A stretch of DNA of 63,815 nt, counting the filler, from Octopus bimaculoides (lineage: Eukaryota): assembly GCF_001194135.2 (NCBI RefSeq). It is 7 parts of 7 records of this genome, joined end to end, with 100 filler letters (N's around TTAATTAATTAA, not from the genome) between each part and the next. Parts side by side here need not be neighbours in the genome. Positions count along the whole stretch, not along the records: positions 1 to 25,245 come from NC_068984.1; 6 more parts are not named here. One strand, 5' to 3'. Below, piece after piece: positions 1 through 12,179 of this stretch. The notes beneath the pieces were generated by a model, which was given only the letters and a program-made list of their open reading frames with translations, was not told the DNA's origin and did not search any database. The stretch's first letter is position 1; each line of letters begins with the position of its first letter. A program made the translations under genes and the position numbers.

Positions 1-36
<36 letters not shown>

Positions 37-162
37 TACACACACGCTCTAAAGTTGTCTCGTAGAGTGTCCTTTTTGTATTTCTGGTCTCCTTGATCTC
101 TCATTCAAGAATTATCATATATGCACACATACATACATACATACATACATACATACATACAT

Positions 163-215
<53 letters not shown>

Positions 216-302
216 AGTACGTACATAAGTACATGTATGTATACATGTATGTATACATACATACATACATACATATATACACACACATAAATATACGTGT
301 GT
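1..302. repeat. Compound (CA)n/(TACA)n/(TA)n microsatellite
   Basis: Directly visible di- and tetranucleotide arrays; the H/T/Y/I-rich ORFs here are repeat translations. Confidence 0.97.
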
Positions 303-571
303 ATGCATATATTTACAGTCGTCTACGACTCCATAAGTCAGAAAAAAAGATGTACTCGTATATTTGTTAATAGAGAGGGTGTATTAATAAAATTATACAG
401 TGTTATAGACCCATTGGAGCTGATTCTAGTAATCAGTTTCGCACCGGGTACTAAAACTGGATTTTTACAGTACATTTAAGTAATACTGTGTGTATGGCAA
501 GCATGGAAAAGACACTGTGAAACCGATTGGTAAGATAGGCTGTAAGCTGATTTATAATACTATATACTTTG

Positions 572-625
<54 letters not shown>

Positions 626-839
626 TCAACTTTATGCTGCCTAAATTTAATACTTTGAATTACTATATTTTGATATTTTGTATTTCATACAAATTAGTCG
701 ATAGTGTATCAAGCAACCAGCTGAAGGTTTACTGCACCGTATAATATTACTAGAGCTTCGGTGAGTCTCTCTGATCGAGTTCACACTGCTCAAAATACTG
801 TAGGTTTATTGTTACTGCTGCTACTGTTGCTGGTGCTAG

Positions 840-1020
840 TGTTGTTGTTTAGATCACAACCCAATGAACAACAGGATTATTGCCAGGGTTATAATCTTTC
901 TTCCTTTCTTTTTACTCAGAGTTTTTGGGACTACCTTATCCAGTCAGACCTTCCCTATGTGAATGAAAATTGAGTGTGATTTGAGGAGGATTTGACTGCT
1001 ATTTTTCGAAGAGCGACACG
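840..1020 (+). repeat. Dispersed repeat family D copy (unclassified)
   Basis: Starts GTTGTTGTTTAG and ends GTGTGATTTGAGGAGGATTTGACTGCTATTT. Similar segments at ~20260-20450, ~23870-24075, ~35515-35660, ~58520-58620, and the end motif at ~56400. Confidence 0.6.
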
Positions 1021-1326
1021 TAGGAGATTTGTCATTGGATCAAAAGGATCCCTCTTTCACTTTAGTGGTATAATTTGTAACTTCAAACTCTACAATTTAT
1101 GCATATTACTTGAATCGAGATGCTGATTGTTAAACGTCCTCTTGAGGTGAAATCCCATTACAATGACTTCTGGATATTTCTTTTATATACGTATATATTT
1201 ATCTATCTACTGTATTGTTTGTGTTAGTATAACTCTTGTGGTAAAATAAAGAGAAGTTTGTCATTAATAAGAAGTCCACAATCTGATGGCACCACGTTCC
1301 TCTCTCGGCTTTACGAGTTTATTCTG

Positions 1327-1484
1327 AAAGTAGCTGCTTCCTAACCTCATGGTTCCGGGTTCAATCCCATTGCGTGGCACCTTGGGTAAGTGTTTTATGC
1401 TATAGCCTCGGACCGACCAAAGCCTTGTGAGTAAATTTCGTAGACGGTAACTGAAAGAAGCCTTCGTTTATATACATACATTTA

Positions 1485-1546
<62 letters not shown>

Positions 1547-1547
1547 T
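1327..1547 (+). mobile_element. tRNA-derived SINE family A (CORE-like domain), 5' part running into internal (TG)n
   Basis: Pol III B-box GGTTCAATCC at 1358-1367, then GGCACCTTGGGTAAGTG and CCAAAGCCTTGTGAG; matches the copy at 61519-61712. Resembles the OK/OR1/OR2 SINEs described from Octopus; exact family not assigned. Confidence 0.85.
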
Positions 1548-1679
1548 NNNNNNNNNNNNNNNNNNNNNNNNNNNNNNNNNNNNNNNNNNNNNNNNNNNNN
1601 NNNNNNNNNNNNNNNNNNNNNNNNNNNNNNNNNNNNNNNNNNNNNNNNNNNNNNAAAACAAGATTATAATCAAATGCCT

Positions 1680-1725
1680 TAAGCCTAAACCTAACTCTAA
1701 CACTAATCCTAATCTTAACCCTAAT
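1680..1725 (+). repeat. Degenerate (TAACCC)n telomere-like hexamers
   Basis: CCTAAACCTAACTCTAACACTAATCCTAATCTTAACCCTAA: about 7 imperfect hexamers. Confidence 0.5.
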
Positions 1726-2097
1726 CGCCTATTGAAAGGTATTTTTGATGAATATCATCAACTTTGTTTTTTTTTTAATCGATGATATTCATAAAAAATA
1801 CATCTGAATAGTGATCTGAAAGAAATCAGACAGCAATTGTCCTGAGACTCTTGTAATTCGCAGTAATTGACTCTGATGTGAAGATACCTGTATTTCATTT
1901 AATTATTTAAATAAATTTAGAATTTGTTTAATTTAGGGTTCATTGACCAAGGTAACAAACCCTGGTTCAGAAAAATCAGTAACCCGGAAATGTTTTGGAA
2001 TCGATGTTGAATATAGATATCATTTTCTTTATATGGTAGAATATAATTTCAACAGAACTTCGCTGTTACTTCTAGCAGGTCACGTGATCATATAACT

Positions 2098-2419
2098 AGC
2101 ATTCCGTCGGTTACGACGACGATGGTTCCCGTTTATCCGATTAACGGAACAGCCTGCTCGTGAAATTAACGTGCATGTGACTGAGCACTCCACGGACACG
2201 TGTACTCTTAAAGTAGTTCTCAGGGAAATTCAGCGTGACACAGAGTGTGACAAGGCTGGCCCTTTGAAATACAGGTGCTACTCACTTTTGCCAGCTGAGT
2301 GGACTGGAGCAATGTGAAATAAAGTGTCTTGTTCAGGGACACAACGCGTCGCTGGGAATTGAACCCTTGACCTTGCGATCGTGAACTGAATACCCTAAGT
2401 ATTAAGCCACGCGCCTTCA
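2098..2419 (-). mobile_element. tRNA-derived SINE family B, full length
   Basis: Minus strand begins GTGAAGGCGCGTGGCTTAA, with B-box GGTTCAATTCC and CORE-like GTGTCCCTGAACAAGACACTTTATTTCAC; collinear with 13031-13352 and 29220-29566. Confidence 0.9.
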
Positions 2420-2495
2420 CGTGATCATATAGAGACTCCGTTATTGGCTCTTACAAGAAGTTATAATTTTAAGATGCAAAATATGGTCATGATGA

Positions 2496-2538
<43 letters not shown>

Positions 2539-2699
2539 GGTGGTGGTGGTGGTGATGGTAGTGGAGCTATGGTAACTGACGTTTACTCCAAATTCCAAAA
2601 ATACTTCGTAAAACATTTCTTAAACCTATCACAAATTATTCCTATATTTCGTAATAGTAATTTGACAGAGGTGCGGTCATTAATGCTAAAGAGTTTAAG

Positions 2700-2850
2700 A
2701 GTTCTCTTTACAACCACAAGGCTCTGACTTCGATCTCAATGCACAAATACGTTGGGTATCTGTCATGTTTTCTACTCTAGCCTACGGTTGGCTTGTGACC
2801 TGTGAGAGAAATTTGGTATCAGGAAAATGTGCGGCAGCCCGTCAGGTATA
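2700..2850 (+). mobile_element. SINE family A, decayed
   Basis: Degenerate match to 61519-61712 (ACCACAAGG..TTCGATCTC, CTACTCTAGCC, GCAGCCCGTC), followed by TA/ATCT repeats. Confidence 0.55.
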
Positions 2851-2865
2851 TATATACACATAAGC

Positions 2866-2899
<34 letters not shown>

Positions 2900-4455
2900 A
2901 GAAAGATAAGGGAGTATATAAATACATAATACATATATATATTTATATACACACACACATATATATATGCAAATATGTATGTATGTATGAATATTATATG
3001 GATATTATATATATATCAAAAGATGTGTTATAATACTATTCCACAGCCATACTAACAATCCAATAATTCTAATTTTCATATACAAAAACAGCAATGCCAA
3101 CAATCCAACATACCAACATCATTAGCTGCCCCACGGATATCATTATGGTTTCGACACCTTGGCAGTACCATTCAATCCGGTGGTGTCAACAGCATTAAAA
3201 TAAGTGTTGTTTGGGAACAAACAAACCGAAGAAACCACAACTTTCAAACACATTTACCCAATGTACAACCGTATCGATAAATAAATTCCATAAGTAAATT
3301 ACAACCCCTCCTAAATACGTAACTTCCGAAGTGTAATATAAAAGTAATGCTTAATAACCACAATATTTCAATCAATCAATATATAGGCAGGATTAAACAC
3401 TAACCTTACTATATATGCATATATTTATGTATGAATATTATAATATTATATATATATATATTATAATGTTATATATATATNNNNNNNNNNNNNNNNNNNN
3501 NNNNNNNNNNNNNNNNNNNNNNNNNNNNNNNNNNNNNNNNNNNNNNNNNNNNNNNNNNNNNNNNNNNNNNNNNNNNNNNNNNNNNNNNNNNNNNNNNNNN
3601 NNNNNNNNNNNNNNNNNNNNNNNNNNNNNNNNNNNNNNNNNNNNNNNNNNNNNNNNNNNNNNNNNNNNNNNNNNNNNNNNNNNNNNNNNNNNNNNNNNNN
3701 NNNNNNNNNNNNNNNNNNNNNNNNNNNNNNNNNNNNNNNNNNNNNNNNNNNNNNNNNNNNNNNNNNNNNNNNNNNNNNNNNNNNNNNNNNNNNNNNNNNN
3801 NNNNNNNNNNNNNNNNNNNNNNNNNNNNNNNNNNNNNNNNNNNNNNNNNNNNNNNNNNNNNNNNNNNNNNNNNNNNNNNNNNNNNNNNNNNNNNNNNNNN
3901 NNNNNNNNNNNNNNNNNNNNNNNNNNNNNNNNNNNNNNNNNNNNNNNNNNNNNNNNNNNNNNNNNNNNNNNNNNNNNNNNNNNNNNNNNNNNNNNNNNNN
4001 NNNNNNNNNNNNNNNNNNNNNNNNNNNNNNNNNNNNNNNNNNNNNNNNNNNNNNNNNNNNNNNNNNNNNNNNNNNNNNNNNNNNNNNNNNNNNNNNNNNN
4101 NNNNNNNNNNNNNNNNNNNNNNNNNNNNNNNNNNNNNNNNNNNNNNNNNNNNNNNNNNNNNNNNNNNNNNNNNNNNNNNNNNNNNNNNNNNNNNNNNNNN
4201 NNNNNNNNNNNNNNNNNNNNNNNNNNNNNNNNNNNNNNNNNNNNNNNNNNNNNNNNNNNNNNNNNNNNNNNNNNNNNNNNNNNNNNNNNNNNNNNNNNNN
4301 NNNNNNNNNNNNNNNNNNNNNNNNNNNNNNNNNNNNNNNNNNNNNNNNNNNNNNNNNNNNNNNNNNNNNNNNNNNNNNNNNNNNNNNNNNNNNNNNNNNN
4401 NNNNNNNNNNNTATATATATATATATGCACACACACCTATGCAATGTTAGTACTA

Positions 4456-4493
<38 letters not shown>

Positions 4494-5954
4494 GTGTGTG
4501 TGTGTGTGTGTGAGTGTGTGCGCGCGCGCACATGCAGGTGTGCTTGTCAGTGTTAATGTTATAAGTGGGTGTGTCGGGTTGCTTCGCATTATATCATAAA
4601 CGCAACGAGGTTTTCGATAAATAGAATCCATAAAACAAGTACCAGGTTGAAACAACTACCGGGATCAATATGAGAGAAGAAAGCCCGTGTACTTTGTGCT
4701 TCATTACAATAAGACCACATTCGAGTGACTGAAACCAATAAAATATTAAAAGAACAGAAAATTTTCTTTAATGACCATAATTGTAATCTCACGCTCGATG
4801 GCTTGATATTTCTTAAGTTACTTTTGGTTACTCGTTTCCAGTGCAATCAGTGCTAGATACTGCAATGACGATACTTTCAAATAATTATGCATTTATATTT
4901 TTTATTTTATTTTAGCTACTAAACTAGTTTCTAATTTCTAATGTATACTAGCAACGATTTTAAAACCGTGGCAACATTTACGATGTATGACCGAATTATA
5001 TTAGAATGGCGTCTTTCAAATGGAGCTCCTTGGAATCCTAAGCTTCAATGAGAAATCGCTAGGGGGCTCCGCGAGAAATACGCAAATTATATGCAAATTA
5101 CAGTAATTTCTGTATTAAATTCTATATTCGTACTTTTATTATACACACATGGGATATTCTCTAGTAGTAACAATATCATCCAGGTATCTGTATGTAGGTA
5201 GTAAGGATTCTTACAAAAAAAAAAAAAAACATTGATCCCTTAATAGGGAAGTGTAAGGGAATTCTGTCTAAGTGAAGTCCTGGTTAAGATGAAATTTCTT
5301 AAAACTTTTTTCTGTCGTCTGACGGATTTAGCATTGCCAAACCTTCTAAAGGCGGTTTTGTGATTTGCTTAATCTCTCATAAAATTTAATTTTATGAAAG
5401 AAAAAGAAGTGGGTGCTTAAATGATTTAATAATTATATGTAGGGCTTTCTGAAACATGGAATATATTTCAAAGGTTCTCTGAGAGTAAAACGGTTGGGAA
5501 ATACTATACTTGAGGGATAGTGTTGATATCATATAGTTGCCCTTTCCAAGCATTTTCTATAGGAAAACAGGTGTAATATTGATTTCAAGCATTGGCACAA
5601 GCTTAGGAAATCTGGTGGAATGAACAGTTGAATTACAAATGTATTACTGGTTCTTTTTTTATCGACACTGAAATGAAGAAAGCGAAGTTGATACGGTGTA
5701 ATTTGATCTAATTACTCTGCCAACAATTTTGAATTCAAATAGTTGCAGAAGGGCACGTATTGAGGAGGAGAGGTTGAGAGTATACGCGATTAATCATCCT
5801 CATTACTTAAGTACTTAATTTTATCCGTGAACGATGCATGGCAAAGTTAACGTCGTCAGGGTTTGAATTTTGAATGAATCTAAATACTGTAAAGAAAAAT
5901 TTTCGATACTCTAACCAATCCCCCACACTTATAATCCGTGTATGTTAACATGTC

Positions 5955-6690
5955 TTATCTCATATCATATCTGAGATGGTTTACAACATACTCTTTTCAA
6001 AATATATTACGCATTCACTTCCCCCGGTCATATTTTTTCCTAATGGTGATTCAGTGGTCTTATCTATCTCCATGGCGCTAAATATCATGTTTCCAGAGCC
6101 TCTTCTTGTGCTGCAAAGATCAATGCAAAAGTCTTTTGATTTAATTTTATTAAGCACGATCACAGATCTCTCGATCCATATTTTTCAAGATATCTCTCCA
6201 ATTCGTCAGATGCTATTGATCTGCCTGTCTTAACTATTCCAGCCTTCAGCAGTAGTTCCACACAATTTGCCTAACATTGTATAGATTCTTCACAAGCAAT
6301 TACACCGTTTCCTCATTTTATACGAGGTATATAAATCCTATCAGCCTTACATCTGGGATTTAATGTTCCATATATGTTCGTTCCATTATATTCTGTTTCA
6401 TTCGCCTTTAGGATTTCTCTGCTATTCATAAAAAATATATAGGTTAATTACTAGAATTTAATTTAATTAGCTTTGATTTATGCACTTAATTCAGCCACCG
6501 TTCCTTTCTAAATATTTGTATTGGCCATTTTTATGTTTATATGCTTATATAAATGATATTCATCAAATTTAGATTTTTCAGTTGTTTTGCTAAGGCATTA
6601 TCTGAAGTTTCTGACATGCCAATAACAGTGAAATAGTCGCTGCGCATTATTCACATATGTGACTTGACTGTTTGTTTTCCTTTATTTCCT
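5955..6690 (-). mobile_element. R4/Dong-type non-LTR retrotransposon fragment, highly decayed
   Basis: Minus-strand translation with stops and frameshifts gives GTLNPR..DRIYIPR and LIFAAQEEALET, the same region as TEGFLITAQDQSLPTR in the 7990-10343 element. Confidence 0.6.
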
Positions 6691-6789
6691 TTTCTCTCTT
6701 TCTATCTTTCTTTCTTTCTTTCTTTTTTTTTTTTGGTAGGGGTGTGTTATTTTCACAAAAAAAAAGCCTTTGAAGGACCGCTCTTCTTA

Positions 6790-6995
6790 GGGAGCCTCCT
6801 ATCTTTTAGCTGCAGCAACTCCTCAAATCGCTAATGTTCTGTTTGGAAACATCGTCTCAAAAGGTTTCAGTCTGAATTGTTTCTATTGTATCATTATTGA
6901 TCTACAACCTTGCATATAAACCTCTTTGAAGCATAGCTGGGATCTTCCTGTAGATCGTTTTCCTTCAGAATGAACATACATACATACATACATAT
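6790..6995 (-). mobile_element. RTE-type LINE C-terminal fragment, decayed
   Basis: Minus strand reads GKRSTGRSQLCFKEVY, resembling the G.R..GRP..RFKD motif at the RTE ORF C-terminus. Confidence 0.4.
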
Positions 6996-7989
6996 AATTC
7001 AAATGGTTGGTATACTGAAAAGCGTGGCGCATTACCAATGAGTATGGATGCGTTAAGTCAGTTCTATATTCAACTCTTATCTCTGACGTGGTTAGCCTCC
7101 AGATAGGCTAGAATGCATCGCGACGTATAAAGAAAAATAATACAGAAGACATAATCAGTATTGATACTTATATAATTTACACGTGCTTCGTGAGATTGGC
7201 AAGCATAAATTAAGAGAGCATAAAGTCCAATTACATGGATAAATGCTATCGACCCCGTTCGTAGGCATTACTCAAAGACCTCCGTGTTTCATCGTCTTGC
7301 ATTTTTGTTGAGTAATGCCGATGAAGGAGACCAATGGCATTTGTTTATGTAAATTGTCTTTATCCTCACATAAATGATGTCTGCCAATCTCATGAAACAC
7401 GTATACATCATATAAAACATTAATACTGATTACGTTTTCTGTGTTTCTTATATATTAGTGCATATAGTCATTTCTGCTTGAGAATTGTGAACATATTGGC
7501 TGCATCATGAAGTTGATACAGTTGTTTCTCTAGATAATGTCGAAAACACATTTTCTAAGTGCATATACAAATCATTTTGCCCGCTTATCTAGTAGAAGCG
7601 TAAGTTCCAACCTCTCTGCCTTACAGAAATATAGACATGTTTCAGGTTTTGTAACCTAGATCTTTGTAAATAAATTTACTTCTTGTTGGACTATACACAT
7701 TTCATATACAGTCAAGATATATGTTAACTATACCAAAGCATATATGCTTCCTGAAACACATCACCTGTAGCATTCTCTTGTCTTAAATTGTTAAAAACAT
7801 ACGGAATGTAATCCCAATATTATTATATTTGCTTAAAGAATTAGTATCTATTGGTTATATGCTGATAACGCTCTTTAAAATTCGAAAGTGCTTTACACAG
7901 AGATACATGTATGCATGCATGTATGTATGATCTTCCTTTGAGTTCTTTTCAAGAGAGTTCAAGCTAACAAAGCGACAAGACTTTTTGAA

Positions 7990-10343
7990 TTAACAAAACT
8001 CTCGCTGTTTATAAATAAATGATTGAGATGATGTGTTGCTTGAGCTGTCGACACACACCCCAAGTGTATGCATCTACAGAATCTCAGCTACGATTCTTTG
8101 AAATGTCTTACAAATCTTCACTATGCCACTAATAGATTGTATTTAGAGAATCCAGTTTCTTTTGCTTCGAAAAACCTAGTATTTCTAGGTTTTTGTGTAA
8201 ATGTGTAGGTACATAGCCTAAAGCACCTAAGATAATAGGTGCACTTAAGATAATAGGTACAAATTTGAATTTATAGTCAGGGTACAAGAGGTGTAAGTTC
8301 CGTATTAATTCACCATAAATGTTCTCTTTTTCCAGAACTTTTGATGGTACATTCACAAATACTGAGCCGTTAAGCTCCACAGTAATGCATAACTTTTGTT
8401 CCCGTCCCTCAGAATAACAGGTCTGTTATGTTTGCATCGAACTGATGTTTTTATCGGGATATTCTATTATTATTTCTTGTTTCTATAGGTGTAAATATAT
8501 GCTGGTTCTGACATGTCTTTGATGACCTATACCATCTTTCTGTTGATATTCCATAGTGTTGGCATAACTTCCAGTGTACATAGGTCCCAACTTTGTCGTG
8601 TCTGTGAATATATTCCTTCTTATCCAAGACTGGGTATTCAGGGACAACAAGATTTATTGTTTCTTCTCCATCTCCACATATTCTGAAGTTACTTGTATTT
8701 CTTTTCATTACATGTTTTTGGCGATTTCTGGTGGGAAGGCTTTGATCTTGTGCTGTAATTAAAAATCCCTCAGTCTCTGCTTTCAATCCTGAGTTTTTCA
8801 GCCATTGTTGGGATTTTGCTTTGGCTATTTCTTTTCTGTTTAGTTTAACTCAATATTTGCCATCACGGTGCTTTTCTTGCCATCATTTTATCATGATACG
8901 TTGCTGTTCCAGTTTTAGTTTAGATTTCAATTATTTTACAGCTTTTGTTGTTTCTTCTTTTTTTTCATAGTTGTTAGGTATTGTTCCTTCTTTTTTGCAT
9001 TTGTCAGCTTCCTTAAAGACTGAAAACAGTTTTTGTTTCGTTCGTGTTTTGTGGCTATTTGTATTAAGTTTTCTTGCTTCTGAAGTAGGTATTTCTGTAG
9101 TCCTATTGTGGTTATTTTGTAATAATTTTCTAGCTTTATAAGGCCTCAGCCACCTTCGATACGTTGTGTATATATAGCCTTTCTATGTTACATTTTGGGT
9201 GGTGTATCCTAAATCCTGTCATTTTTTCTTTTTTTCCTGTCTATTTTGATTAGTTCATTTAGAGCCCAGTTAAGAATATTGCAGATGTAACTTATAACTG
9301 GGACGGCTAGAATGTTGATACCTATTTTCTTGCTTTTTGCATTGAGCTCTGTTTTCAGTATTAATCTAACTCGTCTACAGTATTTCTTTTTTATTTTCTC
9401 TTTCATTTGTGTGTGTATTGTATTGTATCTAGTTCATTGATCTCTAAGTATTTGTATGTCTGGTTTTGGCCAAATTCTCTTTTCATTTGCTTTATCTAGT
9501 GTGATGTTGCTACTCTTAACTAGTTTTCCTCTTTTCAAGGTTGCTTTGGCACATTTTTCTAAGCCAAATTTCGTGTTTATTTCTGTGGTAAATCCATGTA
9601 CTGTCTGTAGTAATGTTTCCAGCTGTTTTCTCATTTGTAGCGTACCGTTGTAGATCATCCATATACAAGAGATGGTTGATTATTTTGCCGTAACAACTGT
9701 ATCCACACCCAGATCTGTTTAGCATGTCAGCTAAAGGTGTCAATGTCAAGCAGAAAAGGAGTGGAGAGAGCGTGTCTCCCTGGAATATTCCTCTTCTAAT
9801 GAGGATGGATTTGGTTTTTATGAGTCCTTTTATCTGGAGCTGTAACGCTGTCTGTCATTTATTCATGGAATGTTTATACTTTATGATTATTGGTGCTACC
9901 TTGCTCACGGCTAGTGTTTCTAGGATCCATGCCTAGGGGATACTATCAAAAGCCTTTCGGTAATCGATTCAGGCTATACTTAGACCAGTCTTCTTTCTGC
10001 GACTGTCTTCAGTTGTGGCTTTATTTATCAGTAGCTGATCTTTACGACCGTGCTAGCCCTTGCAGCATACCTTCTGCTTTTCTGGAAACAGGTTGTTTTC
10101 TTCCAGATGTCCATTATCTGCGATATTATTGCAGTAAAGTCTTTGTAAATTGTAGGGAGGCAATTTATCGGCCTGTAATTTTCGTTTTAGTGGATTTGGG
10201 AATTAGGATAGTTTTTCCGTTCTGTGAGCCATTCAGACATTGTCTCTGGCTCTGCTAGTATTCATAAAATTTCTCAGCCAGCTTTTTATGAGTTCCTGTT
10301 AAGTATTTTAGCTAGAAATTGGGGATCTTGTCGTGCCGTGGTG
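7990..10343 (-). mobile_element. R4/Dong-clade non-LTR retrotransposon (RT + CCHC + restriction-like endonuclease), 5'-truncated pseudogene
   Basis: Motifs in order on the minus strand: AP.HDKIPNF, NYRPINCLP, DYRKAFDSIP, GIFQGDTLSPLL, HLLYMDDL, ILKTELN, KAETEGFLITAQDQSLPTR, RICG..EETIN, RHDKV, HNRP, KVLEKENIY, IILGALG. Many stops and frameshifts. Confidence 0.9.
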
Positions 10344-10357
10344 CCTATTTAGTGCCA

Positions 10358-10359
<2 letters not shown>

Positions 10360-10436
<77 letters not shown>
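10360..10436. repeat. (ATT)n/(TAA)n microsatellite
   Basis: About 25 perfect trimers, next to the 5' junction of the R4/Dong element. Confidence 0.97.
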
Positions 10437-10650
10437 GTCAAAATTAAAAGAAGAGTGCCATTGTTATCTAGTGAACGATATTTCGACATCTTGTGTGTTT
10501 TCAACGGGTTCAAAAAATAAATTTGTCAATCTACTTCATTTTGGTTAATATAGAAAGGCTTGAGGTAACTCCTCCTGAAGATATAGAGTCAGAATTAAAA
10601 GAAAAGTGCCATTGTTATCTAGTGAACGATATTTCGACATCTTGTGTGTC
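10437..10650. repeat. 151-bp tandem unit running into a gap
   Basis: The 62 bp starting GTCA(A/G)AATTAAAAGAA(G/A)AGTGCC at 10437 recurs at 10588 with two substitutions; the second copy is cut by the N-run. Confidence 0.7.
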
Positions 10651-10940
10651 NNNNNNNNNNNNNNNNNNNNNNNNNNNNNNNNNNNNNNNNNNNNNNNNNN
10701 NNNNNNNNNNNNNNNNNNNNNNNNNNNNNNNNNNNNNNNNNNNNNNNNNNNNNNNNNNNNNNNNNNNNNNNNNNNNNNNNNNNNNNNNNNNNNNNNNNNN
10801 NNNNNNNNNNNNNNNNNNNNNNNNNNNNNNNNNNNNNNNNNNNNNNNNNNNNNNNNNNNNNNNNNNNNNNNNNNNNNNNNNNNNNNNNNNNNNNNNNNNN
10901 NNNNNNNNNNNNNNNNNNNNNNNNNNNNNNNNNNNNNNNN

Positions 10941-11425
10941 TCGTCGTCTTCGTCGTCGTCTTCGTCGTCGTCTTCGTCGTCGTCTTCGTCGTCGTCTTCG
11001 TCGTCTTCGTCGTCTTCGTCGACGTCGTCGTCTTCGTCGTCGTCTTCGTCGTCGTCGTTGTTGCTGTTGTCATTATTGTTATTGTTGTTTTGCTGCAAAT
11101 AATATTATTGAAAACATTACTAATTTTCACCTTTATACAAAAGAGTTTTGTGTTTCCTTATTCATTCTTTGTGATTAGCATGAATCTGTATATATTCCAC
11201 CAACGCTTAAATAACTTCCAGGTCTTATCGGCTGGGTAGTATGACATTACTGAGGTTGTAATTGCTGCTGCTGCTGCTGCCGATGCATTTGTAATTATTG
11301 TTGCTATTGTTGTTCCTGCTACTGTTGTCACCGTTGTTGTTGCTGTTGTTGTTGTTGTTGTTGTTGCTGATGATGATGATGATGATGATGACGGTGGTAG
11401 TGTTGGTGGTGGTGGTGGTGGTGAT
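10941..11425. repeat. Trinucleotide microsatellite cluster: (TCG/TCT)n, (GTT)n, (GCT)n, (GAT)n, (GGT)n
   Basis: Directly visible; source of the poly-D/E, poly-R, poly-S and poly-T ORFs. Confidence 0.9.
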
Positions 11426-11711
11426 TCTGCTGAATTCAAATTCAACCTTTAAGTCAACAGATACGTGATCTGAGATATTCTAGTCGTTCCCGTCGTTTTC
11501 TTTAGAGTATCTTGGATTACATTATCTAATGTGTTCTTTCCGTTTTCAGATAACAAGAGTGTGGGAAAATTTCAAAGAAATTTGTCTACCTTTCGTAGCA
11601 GGTGAACACTTTGCCTACCAAACCTATTTAGTGCCATATTTACTTTTGCTCTAGCAATCGAATTTTTGTTAGAAATTTGGCCCTATTTAAAAAAATATTT
11701 TAACCACACAT

Positions 11712-12179
11712 AAGGCAACGGAGCTGACCGAATCGTTAGCAAACCGGACAAAATGCTTAGCGATATTTCGTCTGTCTTTACGTTCTGAGTTCAAATTGCA
11801 CCGAGGTCGACTTTGCCTTTCATCTTTTCGGGATTGATAAAATAAGTGCCAGCTGAGTACTAAGGTTGATGTAATCGACTTAGTCCCTCCCTCCGAAATT
11901 GCTGGTCTTGTACAAAAATTTGAAACCAGTATTATAAGGTGGCGAGCTGGCAGAACCGTTAGCACTCCGGGCAAAATGCTTTGCGGCATTTCGTCCTCTT
12001 TACGTTCTGAGTTCAAATTCTGTCGAGGTTGACTTTGCCTTTCATCCTCTCTGGGTCTATAAAATAAAAATCAATTGAATACTGGCGTCGAAATTGCTGG
12101 CTTTGTGCCAAAATTTGAAATGAATATTTTAACCATATATAGGGCGGTAAGCTGGCAGAATCGTTAACACGTCAGGCAA
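11712..12179 (+). mobile_element. Head-to-tail array of at least three SINE family C copies
   Basis: Head GGCGAGCTGGCAGAA(T/C)CGTTAGC at ~11712, ~11938 and ~12141; B-box-like GAGTTCAAATT; tail CTTGT(A/G)C(A/C)AAAATTTGAAA. Third copy enters a gap. Confidence 0.85.

Noticed and set aside
698-766. 63-nt exon candidate with strong GTGAGT donor at 761
   Set aside because: All three frames from the AG at 696-697 contain stops; a non-coding exon cannot be supported without RNA data.
3135-3195. Hammerhead-like hairpin GACACC/GGTGTC next to GAAA (minus strand)
   Set aside because: Core reads CUGUU with missing bases and no stem I or III can be formed; at best a decayed relic.
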